The position numbers and the translations under genes were made by a program. DNA of 40,415 nucleotides from a virus (lineage: Duplodnaviria > Caudoviricetes), in the IMG/VR virus record IMGVR_UViG_3300038520_001754, positions 1 through 40,415 of that record; one strand, given 5' to 3'. Shown in pieces: positions 26,266 to 34,663 of the stretch; position 1 is the first letter of the stretch; the number at the start of each line of letters is the position of its first letter. The notes beneath the pieces were generated by a model. It worked only from the letters and a program-made list of their open reading frames with translations. It did no database searches and had not been told where the DNA came from.

Positions 26266-26335
26266 CTCATCCTACCATTAGGTTGTGGGGATGGGTTAGA
26301 ATTTTCATGCTCTCTGGCCCATCCCCTATTTATTT
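26266..26335 (+). ncRNA. Candidate trans-acting antisense small RNA (sRNA-1); may extend to 26390
   Basis: Own promoter; 14 bp stem 26287-26300/26313-26326 with two G-U pairs valid only on +; 12 nt loop ATTTTCATGCTC complementary to repeated start-region motif GAGCATGAAAAT; T-rich tail. Confidence 0.62.
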
Positions 26336-26361
26336 CCAGACACCACCTAGAACGCTCTCTG

Positions 26362-26390
26362 AAGCCCGTAGACAGGTCTTACGGGTTTTT
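26362..26390 (+). terminator. Possible intrinsic terminator
   Basis: AAGCCCGTA...TACGGGTTTTT stem plus T run. The left arm is also part of the spaced inverted element. Confidence 0.45.
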
Positions 26391-26437
26391 CCATATATTG
26401 TGTCAACTCTTTTCCAATCGGCGTTTTCTTGGCAGGG
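26362..26437. repeat. Three-block spaced element, copy A (inverted relative to 34952-35027)
   Basis: AAGCCCGTAGA-N18-CCATATATTGTGTCAA-N12-CGGCGTTTTCTTGGCAGGG. Confidence 0.85.
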
Positions 26438-26460
26438 CCAAGGATTGAAAGCTTTTTGCT

Positions 26461-26590
26461 AAAAAAAACGAAAAAACGAAAAAAAAACGAAAAAAAAGCT
26501 TGTTTTATTAATTGGCTTGGTTTTATACTGAGATTGTCGGGTTCGAGAGCGAACCTAAAACTGAAAATCTAAAAGGATGAATGAGCATGA
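26461..26590 (+). promoter_or_regulatory. Early promoter cassette 1 (A-tract UP element, -35/-10, hairpin, RBS)
   Basis: A-tracts separated by CG at 26461-26497, TTGTTT 26500-26505, TATACT 26524-26529, hairpin GGTTCG-AGAG-CGAACC 26540-26555, AAGGATGAATGAGCATGA. Confidence 0.75.
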
Positions 26591-26859
26591 TTAATTACGT
26601 TACCGGGAATACATACAGTGGCCAGAACATTGATGCGCTTGCAGAGGCTGGTTTTAGTTCGGAATATTGGGCAACTTACAATCAGTGGATGGAAGCTGGC
26701 TTCCAAGTTCAAAAAGGTCAGTCTGGAACTACTTTGATGCGAGTCGTCGAGGTGAAGCGTAAGGACAAGGTCACTGGTGAAGAAAAGAAAATCAAAGTGC
26801 CTAAATACTTCAACGTCTTCAATCAAGAGCAAGTAGCAAAAATTGAGGTGGCGGCGTAA
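26581..26859 (+). CDS. ArdC-like N-terminal ssDNA-binding domain protein (stand-alone)
   Basis: N..TG..YSG.N...L, WATYNQW...G.QV.KG..G, F.VFN.EQ motifs; metalloprotease half absent. Start may be 26587. Confidence 0.78.
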   Translation: MSMINYVTGNTYSGQNIDALAEAGFSSEYWATYNQWMEAGFQVQKGQSGTTLMRVVEVKRKDKVTGEEKKIKVPKYFNVFNQEQVAKIEVAA

Positions 26860-26883
26860 GCCGTCCCTCCCTTTCTGGAGAGC

Positions 26884-27213
26884 ATGAAAATGAGTGATTA
26901 CAATCCTTACGCCAAAATGACTGATAAAACTATCAAAGTCTGGTTCGCTAAAAAAATTAACGCATGGGTTATTCAATGTGAGGCTGAGTTTGCCATTGTC
27001 GGAAAATTTGCTTGGTGTCAGAAAGAAGCACGGCAAATGCTGTGGGCAATGAATCGTAATACTGACCGCACTCGTCGCGTTGGTCGGATTAAATATTACA
27101 CCAAAGTCGGTGAGAGACTGCACACTGAAGAGTATATCAGTTTAGACCGTGACGGCTGGTCTACAGTTAAAGCTTGCAGGGTCACTCGTGGCCCTAGCCG
27201 TCGAATCCAATAA
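26884..27213 (+). CDS. Hypothetical protein
   Basis: GGAG RBS; likely start 26890; no motif recognised. Confidence 0.6.
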   Translation: MKMSDYNPYAKMTDKTIKVWFAKKINAWVIQCEAEFAIVGKFAWCQKEARQMLWAMNRNTDRTRRVGRIKYYTKVGERLHTEEYISLDRDGWSTVKACRVTRGPSRRIQ

Positions 27214-27265
27214 ACCAACCGGGCGTCACATGACGCCCATTTTTAAAATGCAAAGGAGCATGAAA

Positions 27266-28357
27266 ATGAAACAAGGTATGAAATTTGAAAACCTCTATGA
27301 CCGCATCATCGCCACAGCGAATTGCGCTGATGACTTTGTGGTCTCTGGAAACACTCTGCAAATGAGCAGTGACGGCAAGCATCTGTTGCACTGCATCCCA
27401 GACGTCGCCCCGGAGCTACACATTGATGATGTTGCTCATGACCAGTTCAGCTATCGTCTGGGCATCCCCCGCGCCTATTACAAGAAAATGCGTAGTGAGA
27501 AGCCAGCACTGCTATCTGACAACGTCAATGCTTGGCTAGAGGATTCCGAAAAGCACATGCTGAGGACTCTCGATAATAGCAGTTTGGCTCTTGGGTCAAA
27601 CCCCATCACTTCAGTTCGCGCACTACTGTCTCAGAAATATCGCCGGATTGATAACCACGACGTCCTCTCAGCACTGATGCCAAAAATTGGTGAGAAAGAT
27701 TTTGAGGTTCAGTCATGCGACGTCACGCCATACAATATGTTCGTCAAAATCACATTCCCGTATGCACGGGCTGATGTGACTGTTGGTGACACCGTTGAGG
27801 CTGGTGTAATCATTCGCAACTCTGAGGTCGGCTGGGGTTCTTGCTCAGTTGAGCTTTTCATCCATCGCCTCGTCTGCACAAACGGCATGGTGATACCAGA
27901 GAAGGTCTGGTCTGCGCGCAAATATCATTCTGGAGCCAAAGTCCAGTTTGACGAAAGCACAGCACGTATCGTCTCTGAGCAAACTCAACAGCTAGCTGAT
28001 GCGGCATTCCTCTCGTCGTTCCATGATGTGATTGAGGCCGCACGTAACGAAAAGACCATCCAGTTGATTGCTGACGATTACCGCAAAGCTTCTGACGACA
28101 AGATAGCGCCGGGCATGAACATTGAGGAATCAGTCGAGCGCCTTTCCAAAAAGCTACTGATAACTCAAGACGAGCAAACTGCGGTGTTGGAGCACTTCGT
28201 CCGTGACGGTGATTTCTCTCGCTGGGGTTTTGCAAATGCTGTGACCCGCTCCGCTCAAGATGCCACATCATACGAGAGGGCAACTGAGCTAGAGCGCGTT
28301 GGTGGTCACGTCATCGCAATGCCAACTGCTGATTTCCAGAGAGCCATTGCGGCTTAA
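27266..28357 (+). CDS. DUF932-family protein
   Basis: RALLSQKYRRIDN, GVIIRNSEVG.GS, RLVCTNGM, NAVTR.AQ; start chosen after AGGAG (the track starts at 27149). Confidence 0.8.
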   Translation: MKQGMKFENLYDRIIATANCADDFVVSGNTLQMSSDGKHLLHCIPDVAPELHIDDVAHDQFSYRLGIPRAYYKKMRSEKPALLSDNVNAWLEDSEKHMLRTLDNSSLALGSNPITSVRALLSQKYRRIDNHDVLSALMPKIGEKDFEVQSCDVTPYNMFVKITFPYARADVTVGDTVEAGVIIRNSEVGWGSCSVELFIHRLVCTNGMVIPEKVWSARKYHSGAKVQFDESTARIVSEQTQQLADAAFLSSFHDVIEAARNEKTIQLIADDYRKASDDKIAPGMNIEESVERLSKKLLITQDEQTAVLEHFVRDGDFSRWGFANAVTRSAQDATSYERATELERVGGHVIAMPTADFQRAIAA

Positions 28358-30105
28358 TCATCAGACCAATGGGGCTGGCTACGGTCAGCCTCATTTTCTT
28401 CATACACTCTTCTCAAAGTATTATATCTGAACACCGCCTCACCAATCTGACCATACATCCCCTGTTCCCTGATTTTTCGCATTATCACCCTTGTCGTCCC
28501 GGCATCGAAATCCCGGTGAACTACCATCCCGACGTCTGCCATATTGTTCCAATGCGCAGACCCAGCCACCTCATACAAACTGGGAGCATTGTAGGAACCA
28601 GACTCGCCCCGGTGTAATTTGTGTGGGTGAGCTACCATCCAGAAGGTCACATTATGTGACTGACAGAATTTCTGACATTTAGCGATGCTGTCTCTGATGT
28701 GCTCATCTTCCCGGACACTAGACGCCCGTGTGGCCGATATCTTGTTGAACGGGTCAACAACCACGCCGTTGATTCCATGCCGGACACAAGCCGCAGTAGC
28801 CTTCTCTAAGACCCAATCAATGGTGGGGATGACCTCTTTATTCTCGATGAAGAAAAATCGCGTCTGGAGGTAATCTAAGCCTCTCCTCAACTCGTCCTTG
28901 CTCATCCGTTGGTTGATGCCCTCATCAAAAGGTGACCGGCAAACTTTCTCAACCAATCGCCTGATGTGAAAACTCGTCGAGTGTTCTGGGCTGAATATGG
29001 CAAATTTCCAGTTATGTTTCTCTGCAAGGTTCAGTATCAACTGGTCTAGAAAATTAGATTTGCCGTGGTTCGGTATCCCCGTCACAAGCTGAAATGTGCC
29101 GGGCATCACCTGATATATCTTGTCCAGATTGGCATATCCAGTTGACACGGGCCTTTGGAAATTACCCTCGTAAATATTGAAGACTTGGTCAATGTAATCG
29201 CTGACCTTGTAGAGTCCATCAATAGGATATGGTGTGGCCCCGACGACGCACTCAGCCAACACCTCTTTGCCGTGTATCATGAGAGTCTCATTGGCATCTT
29301 TGCAGTCGATGTCATGTATGTTGGGAAACTGAACACGCCAGCAACGATGTTTGCCGAATCTGTGGGCTAACTCTTGAGCTAGATTATTTCCGGCACTGTC
29401 TGTATCGACGGCGATAATTACCCGGTCTGCGTCGTTCAGCCAATCGCTAGATTGAAAAGCCTCAAACCGTCTGTCATTGGGGTCAAACTTTGTTTGCTGA
29501 GGCGCTCCATCTGGCAACGATATCGCATAGTCATATCCAGCTTCGTACATGGCAAGCACGTCCATCTCACCCTCAACAAAGATGACAGTCTTAGATTTAC
29601 CGCCATCCCACCGGGTCTTGACTCTATCTATGTTGAATAGTGTTCTCTGAGCTTTTGGCTCTTGAGTGAATCGCTTGTCGTAGCTCCGATACTTGACGTT
29701 GACGAGTTCGCCATCCAGCAAATACGGGAATGCTATCTTGGGTGTTTGCTCCAGCGTCTCGTATATACCAAACGCCATCCAAGTGACTTTACTGATTGCC
29801 CTTTTGTTGAACCAGATGTCGATGCGCTCGCCATAGCCTTTTTCATTTACTGTTTTCGGCGTGGGCTTTTTTATCTCTCTGGGTGCTTGAACATATTGTT
29901 GCCGGAAGGTCGCATCAGGACTCTTTGTTGAGCCTGTCCATTCGCAATGGTGACATTTCCAAACAGAGCTACCGTCAGGTTGTATTGTCACTGATAGGCA
30001 AGTGTCACGTTTGTTTTTTCTTGTGTGAGAACACTGGGGGCAAATCGTTTTGTAGTCACCAGCGCTGTTACTCCTTATTTGTATTCCATGCTCTTGTAAG
30101 TTCAT
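28354..30105 (-). CDS. Primase-helicase (T7 gp4/Twinkle-like)
   Basis: Zn finger CPQC...CHHC, TOPRIM VEGEMD and D.D.AG, KDANE, SF4 helicase TGIPNHGKS, VVVDP, VAHP, AGSAHW.N.AD. Confidence 0.93.
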   Translation of the reverse strand: MNLQEHGIQIRSNSAGDYKTICPQCSHTRKNKRDTCLSVTIQPDGSSVWKCHHCEWTGSTKSPDATFRQQYVQAPREIKKPTPKTVNEKGYGERIDIWFNKRAISKVTWMAFGIYETLEQTPKIAFPYLLDGELVNVKYRSYDKRFTQEPKAQRTLFNIDRVKTRWDGGKSKTVIFVEGEMDVLAMYEAGYDYAISLPDGAPQQTKFDPNDRRFEAFQSSDWLNDADRVIIAVDTDSAGNNLAQELAHRFGKHRCWRVQFPNIHDIDCKDANETLMIHGKEVLAECVVGATPYPIDGLYKVSDYIDQVFNIYEGNFQRPVSTGYANLDKIYQVMPGTFQLVTGIPNHGKSNFLDQLILNLAEKHNWKFAIFSPEHSTSFHIRRLVEKVCRSPFDEGINQRMSKDELRRGLDYLQTRFFFIENKEVIPTIDWVLEKATAACVRHGINGVVVDPFNKISATRASSVREDEHIRDSIAKCQKFCQSHNVTFWMVAHPHKLHRGESGSYNAPSLYEVAGSAHWNNMADVGMVVHRDFDAGTTRVIMRKIREQGMYGQIGEAVFRYNTLRRVYEENEADRSQPHWSDD

Positions 30106-30109
30106 TTTT

Positions 30110-30760
30110 TCATCCTGCTAGGTTATTTAGTCTTTGTTCCTTTTGTTTTTCTGGGACAACCTCCCAACGACGTTGATTCAACCATGTCGTCGCATGAGGT
30201 ATATATTTCACCTCTGTGCCTTTTACCGATTGAGCATATCGAGCCGTTAGTAAGAAAAGGTCATGCTCATCAATATGTAAATCAGTAGCCTTGTGCCACA
30301 AATCATAAGCCTTTTTCTTTGACCCCGATTTGTTAGGATAAAGGTTCCACCAATTATTAAATTGAGCCGGATATCGAAACGCAGATAATGGTTTATTGTT
30401 ATTGGTTATTGGGTCGTCGTTTTGACCCTCCCGTCCCCCACTCATTTTGGTGACCCCCCTCTTCATATTGGTGACCCCTAGCTTCAACTGATATGAATTC
30501 GATGTTTGACGATTAGAGCCGTCTACACCGGTTTCAAATCTCTGGGTGATGGATATGAGGCCGTTGTCACTCAAACGCCTCAGCGCCCGTTCTACGGTGC
30601 TTAAACCACATTCAGCTTTTGTCGCTAGGGTTTTGTGTGAGGGGAAAGATACGCCATGCTCGTCGGCGTAGTTAGCTAGAAGTATTAGTATTAATTTATC
30701 TGTTGACCCACCAGCGGTTTGCTGGGAAGCCCATGCAATAGCATCCCATGACATGCTCAT
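30110..30760 (-). CDS. Replication initiator-like protein (N-terminal wHTH)
   Basis: KLILILLANYADE.G.SFPS..TLA...TV.RAL..L...GLI; C-terminal F..WW.LYP.K...K.A...W and YIPHATTWLNQRRWE; AGGAGG RBS. Confidence 0.82.
   Translation of the reverse strand: MSMSWDAIAWASQQTAGGSTDKLILILLANYADEHGVSFPSHKTLATKAECGLSTVERALRRLSDNGLISITQRFETGVDGSNRQTSNSYQLKLGVTNMKRGVTKMSGGREGQNDDPITNNNKPLSAFRYPAQFNNWWNLYPNKSGSKKKAYDLWHKATDLHIDEHDLFLLTARYAQSVKGTEVKYIPHATTWLNQRRWEVVPEKQKEQRLNNLAG
30417..30478. repeat. Iteron-like direct repeats inside the initiator gene (candidate origin)
   Basis: TCATTTTGGTGACCCC (30442-30457) and TCATATTGGTGACCCC (30463-30478), 21 bp period, degenerate third copy near 30417, adjacent AT-rich stretch. 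Confidence 0.6.
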
Positions 30761-30843
30761 CCTCCTTATTAGTTGTGGGGATGATTATGGGAAATTTTTT
30801 TGCAGTCGAAAAGGAAAAATTTTTTTTGAACTCTGACACTTAC

Positions 30844-31083
30844 TCAGTGGTCATATATCCGGGTTGTATTCGGGTCAACCTCCCGTGGGACGCAGTAGGC
30901 CGTCGCCCTCTTATCTACTGGAACCCGGTCATACCCGCGATAGTTTCCATATCGTTTAACAACCTCTGAGGCATACCAGTTACAAGTTCTCAAAGACCGA
31001 AATATCATTGTACTGCTCTCAAGCCTGTCACCTATGTAGAGCATCATGACAAAAACTGTGATGGTCACTTTCGACTCATCCAA
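30844..31083 (-). CDS. Small hypothetical protein (hydrophobic N-terminus, two Cys)
   Basis: ORF coupled to the upstream membrane gene; true start may be slightly downstream. Confidence 0.55.
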   Translation of the reverse strand: MDESKVTITVFVMMLYIGDRLESSTMIFRSLRTCNWYASEVVKRYGNYRGYDRVPVDKRATAYCVPREVDPNTTRIYDH

Positions 31084-31382
31084 GCCGTCGTGCCCATGTA
31101 GGCACCGACGATTCCCGCCCCGCTTATGTAGAATAAATTGCTGATATCAGAGAGCACTTGCACCCGTTCCACCGGGACAAAAAACATTGCGGCAGTGAAC
31201 GCGCCCATCCCAACCAAAGATGCGGTTGCCATCCGTCGTTGCGCTCGTTGCTTCCGCATATCGTGCTCAGCTTGTCTTATTTCTTTGGCGTGTGCCAACT
31301 CTTCGTCTGTGATGACTCCGTCCCCGTCTAGGTCGTACTCTTCATACTCTGATTGTTGCTGAAAACTCTTAGCCTTAGCCAT
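31065..31382 (-). CDS. EF-hand-containing two-TM membrane protein (holin-like candidate)
   Basis: DLDGDGVITDEE canonical EF-hand loop; two hydrophobic segments at the C-terminus. Confidence 0.65.
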   Translation of the reverse strand: MAKAKSFQQQSEYEEYDLDGDGVITDEELAHAKEIRQAEHDMRKQRAQRRMATASLVGMGAFTAAMFFVPVERVQVLSDISNLFYISGAGIVGAYMGTTAWMSRK

Positions 31383-31383
31383 T

Positions 31384-31866
31384 TCAACCGCCCCCTTTAT
31401 TAGCTTGAACTAATATAATGAAGCCCACAATCATTGCGGCTCCAAGAGCGACAAAAAACGCAATGGTAATGGCCTCAATTATATGTTTGCGTCGTTCTTT
31501 CTGGTCATAAAGTTCCTTCTGCCGACGTTTGCGTATCTCGCCTTCCATGTGGACTAACTCAGACCAAGCCTTGGGGCCACGATGCCAACTGATGAAATTG
31601 CGCAATTCGTCGCGCATCTCTTCTGCTTTCTTTTTAGCCATGAATGCTTGTAGTGCTTCCTCCTCTACGGATTTTTTACTAATGATTTTCCGAAATATTG
31701 GAGGCTTCCTAGCGTGTTCGTCTGCTTTTTTAATATCAGAACAAGCACCCATAAATCGCCCAATATCCTTAGACATGGACTCAATATCGCGCCCCACCTC
31801 AAATCCCTTTTTGACTAAGGCGAATGCTGAACTTGCGGTAGCTAACGCTGTTACCGGGTCTATCAT
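31384..31866 (-). CDS. Hypothetical membrane-anchored coiled-coil protein
   Basis: MIDPVTALATASSAF start, charged helical middle, C-terminal TM. Confidence 0.65.
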   Translation of the reverse strand: MIDPVTALATASSAFALVKKGFEVGRDIESMSKDIGRFMGACSDIKKADEHARKPPIFRKIISKKSVEEEALQAFMAKKKAEEMRDELRNFISWHRGPKAWSELVHMEGEIRKRRQKELYDQKERRKHIIEAITIAFFVALGAAMIVGFIILVQANKGGG

Positions 31867-31903
31867 GAGGTTAACCCTCTAAAGAAGCGCCCGGATGGAA
31901 GCA

Positions 31904-31923
31904 AAATTGTCAACTGACAATTT
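31904..31923. promoter_or_regulatory. Perfect palindrome, operator-like
   Basis: AAATTGTCA-AC-TGACAATTT in the intergenic gap; contains TTGACA on the minus strand. Confidence 0.45.
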
Positions 31924-31930
31924 AGTTATA

Positions 31931-32275
31931 TCAAAAATATTCTTTTATGAAAATAGGCACTTGCTGAGCTTCTAAGATTTTTTTCTTTAATTTATACAGA
32001 GGTGTCGTCGTCGCTGGACTTTTTACATCCTCAACTATCTCTTCCCCTGTGGAGGTCACCACATACTGAAAGTCACCCACATAGGTTCCCACCTTCAATT
32101 CATTAACTATTAAATCAAATCTAGGCTGTAATTTTAGTTGAGCAATTTGTCCCGCTTGCTGGAGATATTTGAGGTCATTGTATCTCTGTGCTTCCTTCTT
32201 GCTGGCAAATCTATGTCCATCCACTATCGTCGGTTTGTTATTGAATTTGCTGAAATTTTTCGCTTTTCTTTTCAT
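31931..32275 (-). CDS. DUF1064-family PD-(D/E)xK endonuclease
   Basis: SKFNNK...DG..FASKKEA.RY..L, QPRF.L, Y.GDF.Y, VEDVKS. Confidence 0.85.
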   Translation of the reverse strand: MKRKAKNFSKFNNKPTIVDGHRFASKKEAQRYNDLKYLQQAGQIAQLKLQPRFDLIVNELKVGTYVGDFQYVVTSTGEEIVEDVKSPATTTPLYKLKKKILEAQQVPIFIKEYF

Positions 32276-32324
32276 TGTTAATCGTCCATACTGACTAAGT
32301 AACTAAAATCCCATGAGGTATAGC

Positions 32325-33095
32325 ATGAAAAATAATCACTTCACTAAACATGGCATTGACCATTTATCTGCGTCAACTGTCAATCTCTGGATATCAACTC
32401 CCGCGATGTGTCTAATGAAACTGGCTGGCTTCTCAAGTCACGCTGGCCCAGCCGCATGGCGTGGAATTGGTGTCGATAGGGCTGTCACAGCACTTATCGA
32501 AAATCCAACAATGAGTCTGGACTCCGCGCAATCAATAGCAAATATGGAGTTCTCACAATCTCAGGTTAAATCCGACGTCAGAACGACTGAGGATAAAATC
32601 ACCAAAGAGCGCAAGCACATGAAGTCTTGTCTCGACACCGCCCATAAACAAATTATCCCGTCATATCGGGAACGTAATCTGGTGGAGAGCCAAAAGAAAA
32701 TCGAGCTAATGCTTGATGAAATTCCTGTGCCTTTTATCGGCTACATTGACTTGCTGTTTGAGGATGAACTCGTCGATTTGAAAAGCAAGTCATACAACCT
32801 CTCCAAGCCAACTCTGAATGACTGTCGTCAGATGAGCATATATGCAAAAGCAACTGGGGCTGAACCTTGGTTGGCATATATCACTCATAAAGAGGTCAGG
32901 CAGTTCAAAGTGGAGAATCTCTCAGCATACCTGTCAGACGTTATCAGAGCCGCACAATCTCTGGAAAAGATATTGAGCGTCAGCGATGACATTGAGGAAT
33001 GCTGTCAATTTGTCTACCCAGATTTAGACCATTGGATGTGGGGCGACGAGGTAGCAGTAAAAGAAGCAAAGCGCATTTGGAGGATACAATCATGA
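32325..33095 (+). CDS. PD-(D/E)xK exonuclease (Cas4/RecB-like recombination nuclease)
   Basis: HLSASTVN, GYIDL...VDLKS, Q.SIY; start after GAGG at 32325 (the track starts at 32313). Confidence 0.82.
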   Translation: MKNNHFTKHGIDHLSASTVNLWISTPAMCLMKLAGFSSHAGPAAWRGIGVDRAVTALIENPTMSLDSAQSIANMEFSQSQVKSDVRTTEDKITKERKHMKSCLDTAHKQIIPSYRERNLVESQKKIELMLDEIPVPFIGYIDLLFEDELVDLKSKSYNLSKPTLNDCRQMSIYAKATGAEPWLAYITHKEVRQFKVENLSAYLSDVIRAAQSLEKILSVSDDIEECCQFVYPDLDHWMWGDEVAVKEAKRIWRIQS

Positions 33096-33841
33096 GCTTT
33101 CAACATATATGGAACACGTTCCAAAACTTGGATGCAATCCAAGACCGGGATATTGATGTACGCACACTGACCCGGAAAGTAAAAGAAGGCAATCAGTGGA
33201 TAGATGTCGAATATGACCTTCATTACTACAAGTGGTCGTCTTGCTGGCGACAAGTAATGAAGCTTTATCCCGACGCCACCTATAAGTTCACAGAGTATGA
33301 ACGTGACGGCAAAGTCTATGACGTCATGTACTACCCCAACGGCACAGGCAGAGTTGAGTGTACCGTCACCATCTTAGGCTTCAGCCGTACCATGTGGTTG
33401 CCTGTAATGAACTACAGGAATGACGCAGTGCCTGACCCGGACGCCAGAGCAATATCTGATACAAAGATGCGTTGCTTGGTCAAAACTGTAGCCATGTTCG
33501 GATTGGGTCTGGATTTGTATGAGGGTAAATATGACCCCGACGATGAAAACGACGAGGACGCCCCAAGCGAACCGGAAACGACTACGCTGGGGGATGCTTT
33601 GGGGGAAACACCGCCGCAGTTTACCATCCTCGACGTTAGTGGAAACGTGGTCAAAATATTTGGCGAGGCAAAAAGCTGGCTGAAGGCATTGCAGGAAGTC
33701 CCAGAACTAGCCAAAGAGCGCAACCGGGACGAGGCAAAGAGAGTCGTGCAATACGTCAGGTCACTCAAGCATATTGGAGAAAGAGCCAAGAATAACCTGA
33801 TTACTGCCGTCGATAACCAGTTTGATGGAGGTCTACAATGA
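33092..33841 (+). CDS. Single-strand annealing protein (DUF1071/Sak family)
   Basis: WS..W..V...YPDATY, V...VTI.G....MWLPVMNYRN, MRCLVK..AMFGLGL.LY.G; ATGA coupling at 33092. Confidence 0.85.
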   Translation: MSFQHIWNTFQNLDAIQDRDIDVRTLTRKVKEGNQWIDVEYDLHYYKWSSCWRQVMKLYPDATYKFTEYERDGKVYDVMYYPNGTGRVECTVTILGFSRTMWLPVMNYRNDAVPDPDARAISDTKMRCLVKTVAMFGLGLDLYEGKYDPDDENDEDAPSEPETTTLGDALGETPPQFTILDVSGNVVKIFGEAKSWLKALQEVPELAKERNRDEAKRVVQYVRSLKHIGERAKNNLITAVDNQFDGGLQ

Positions 33842-34188
33842 TAAACCAACTCTGGAGCCGCACTGAGCGGCTCTACTCTTCCATCCAAGCTTTCCTCCAC
33901 GGTGGTCTCAGAAAACCGCGTAGTGAGCCTCTAGCAAAGCCGAATTTTGATGCTAGACCCAAAATTATCCCATTTCCGTGGGAAAATGATGGAAGGACAC
34001 CAAAAGGTGCAAATATGAAAATAGCCAGAGAGATATCTGAAAATGAGGTCTATCTCTTCAGAAATGAAAATAAAGCTATCGTCTTATGTCGCGCCATCAG
34101 ACAAGTGCATGGACTCGATAGAGCATCCATACGTCAAACCGGTAACGGCCTATATAGAGTGGGCATCAAAGGAGCATCGAATGAGTAA
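33838..34188 (+). CDS. Hypothetical protein
   Basis: GGAGG RBS and ATGA coupling; no motif recognised. Confidence 0.6.
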   Translation: MINQLWSRTERLYSSIQAFLHGGLRKPRSEPLAKPNFDARPKIIPFPWENDGRTPKGANMKIAREISENEVYLFRNENKAIVLCRAIRQVHGLDRASIRQTGNGLYRVGIKGASNE

Positions 34189-34633
34189 TCAATACGACAA
34201 TACAAACAACGGGGCATTATTCCCGGCAAAAAATCTAACCTTGCACTCTCAAGGGCCAATAAACGTGAATGGCAGTGATGGCAAATTCGTTGTCATCCAA
34301 AGTCAGGATAGCAAGGGCAATGTCCACATGGACTTGTATCAGCAAGTTGGTTCGTTGAAACCGTATCCAGAGGAAAAGAAAGGTGAAAAATCACCTGACC
34401 TCATAGGCGACGTCTTGGCCTTGCCCAAAGCTGGTGAGAGAGACAGTGCATTTGATATGACGGTATTCGGCAGAGACAAAGTATCGAAAAATGGTCAGCC
34501 ATTTATTTCGGTCAACTTGGTCGAGAAAAAGTCTAATGCGCCTGTAGCAAACAATCAGGCGATGCAAAACGAATCTCCATTGCCGGATGCACCCGCACCG
34601 CTATCGTCAGCATTCGGCTCCAAGACGTTTTGA
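34181..34633 (+). CDS. Putative ssDNA-binding protein
   Basis: MSNQYDNTNNGALF start, K.PD..G motif, disordered tail ending in F; follows nuclease and SSAP; AGGAG RBS before 34181. Confidence 0.6.
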   Translation: MSNQYDNTNNGALFPAKNLTLHSQGPINVNGSDGKFVVIQSQDSKGNVHMDLYQQVGSLKPYPEEKKGEKSPDLIGDVLALPKAGERDSAFDMTVFGRDKVSKNGQPFISVNLVEKKSNAPVANNQAMQNESPLPDAPAPLSSAFGSKTF

Positions 34634-34658
34634 CAATCCTAAAATAATATGACATCTT
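34630..34658 (+). promoter_or_regulatory. Sigma70-type promoter for sRNA-2
   Basis: TTGACA (34630-34635), 17 bp, CATCTT (34653-34658) with extended -10 TG. Confidence 0.55.
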
Positions 34659-34663
34659 CAAGG

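Noticed and set aside
26232-26462. 76 aa + strand ORF
   Set aside because: TTG start coincides with a -35 box, no RBS, and it crosses hairpins and the spaced element; the non-coding interpretation fits better.
26461-26497. CRISPR array or phase-variable microsatellite from A-tract repeats
   Set aside because: No repeat-spacer structure; position directly upstream of -35 boxes in three cassettes fits UP elements.
26540-26555. tRNA suggested by GGTTCGA (also at 37346)
   Set aside because: No acceptor, D or anticodon arms around either copy; it is an isolated hairpin in the promoter cassettes.
32325-33095. CRISPR-associated Cas4
   Set aside because: No Fe-S cysteine cluster pattern, cas genes or array; context with SSAP and SSB indicates a recombination exonuclease.
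34012-34022. 11 nt complement to sRNA-2 (AATATGAAAAT)
   Set aside because: Lies mid-ORF at an internal Met with a weak RBS; AT-rich and plausibly chance.
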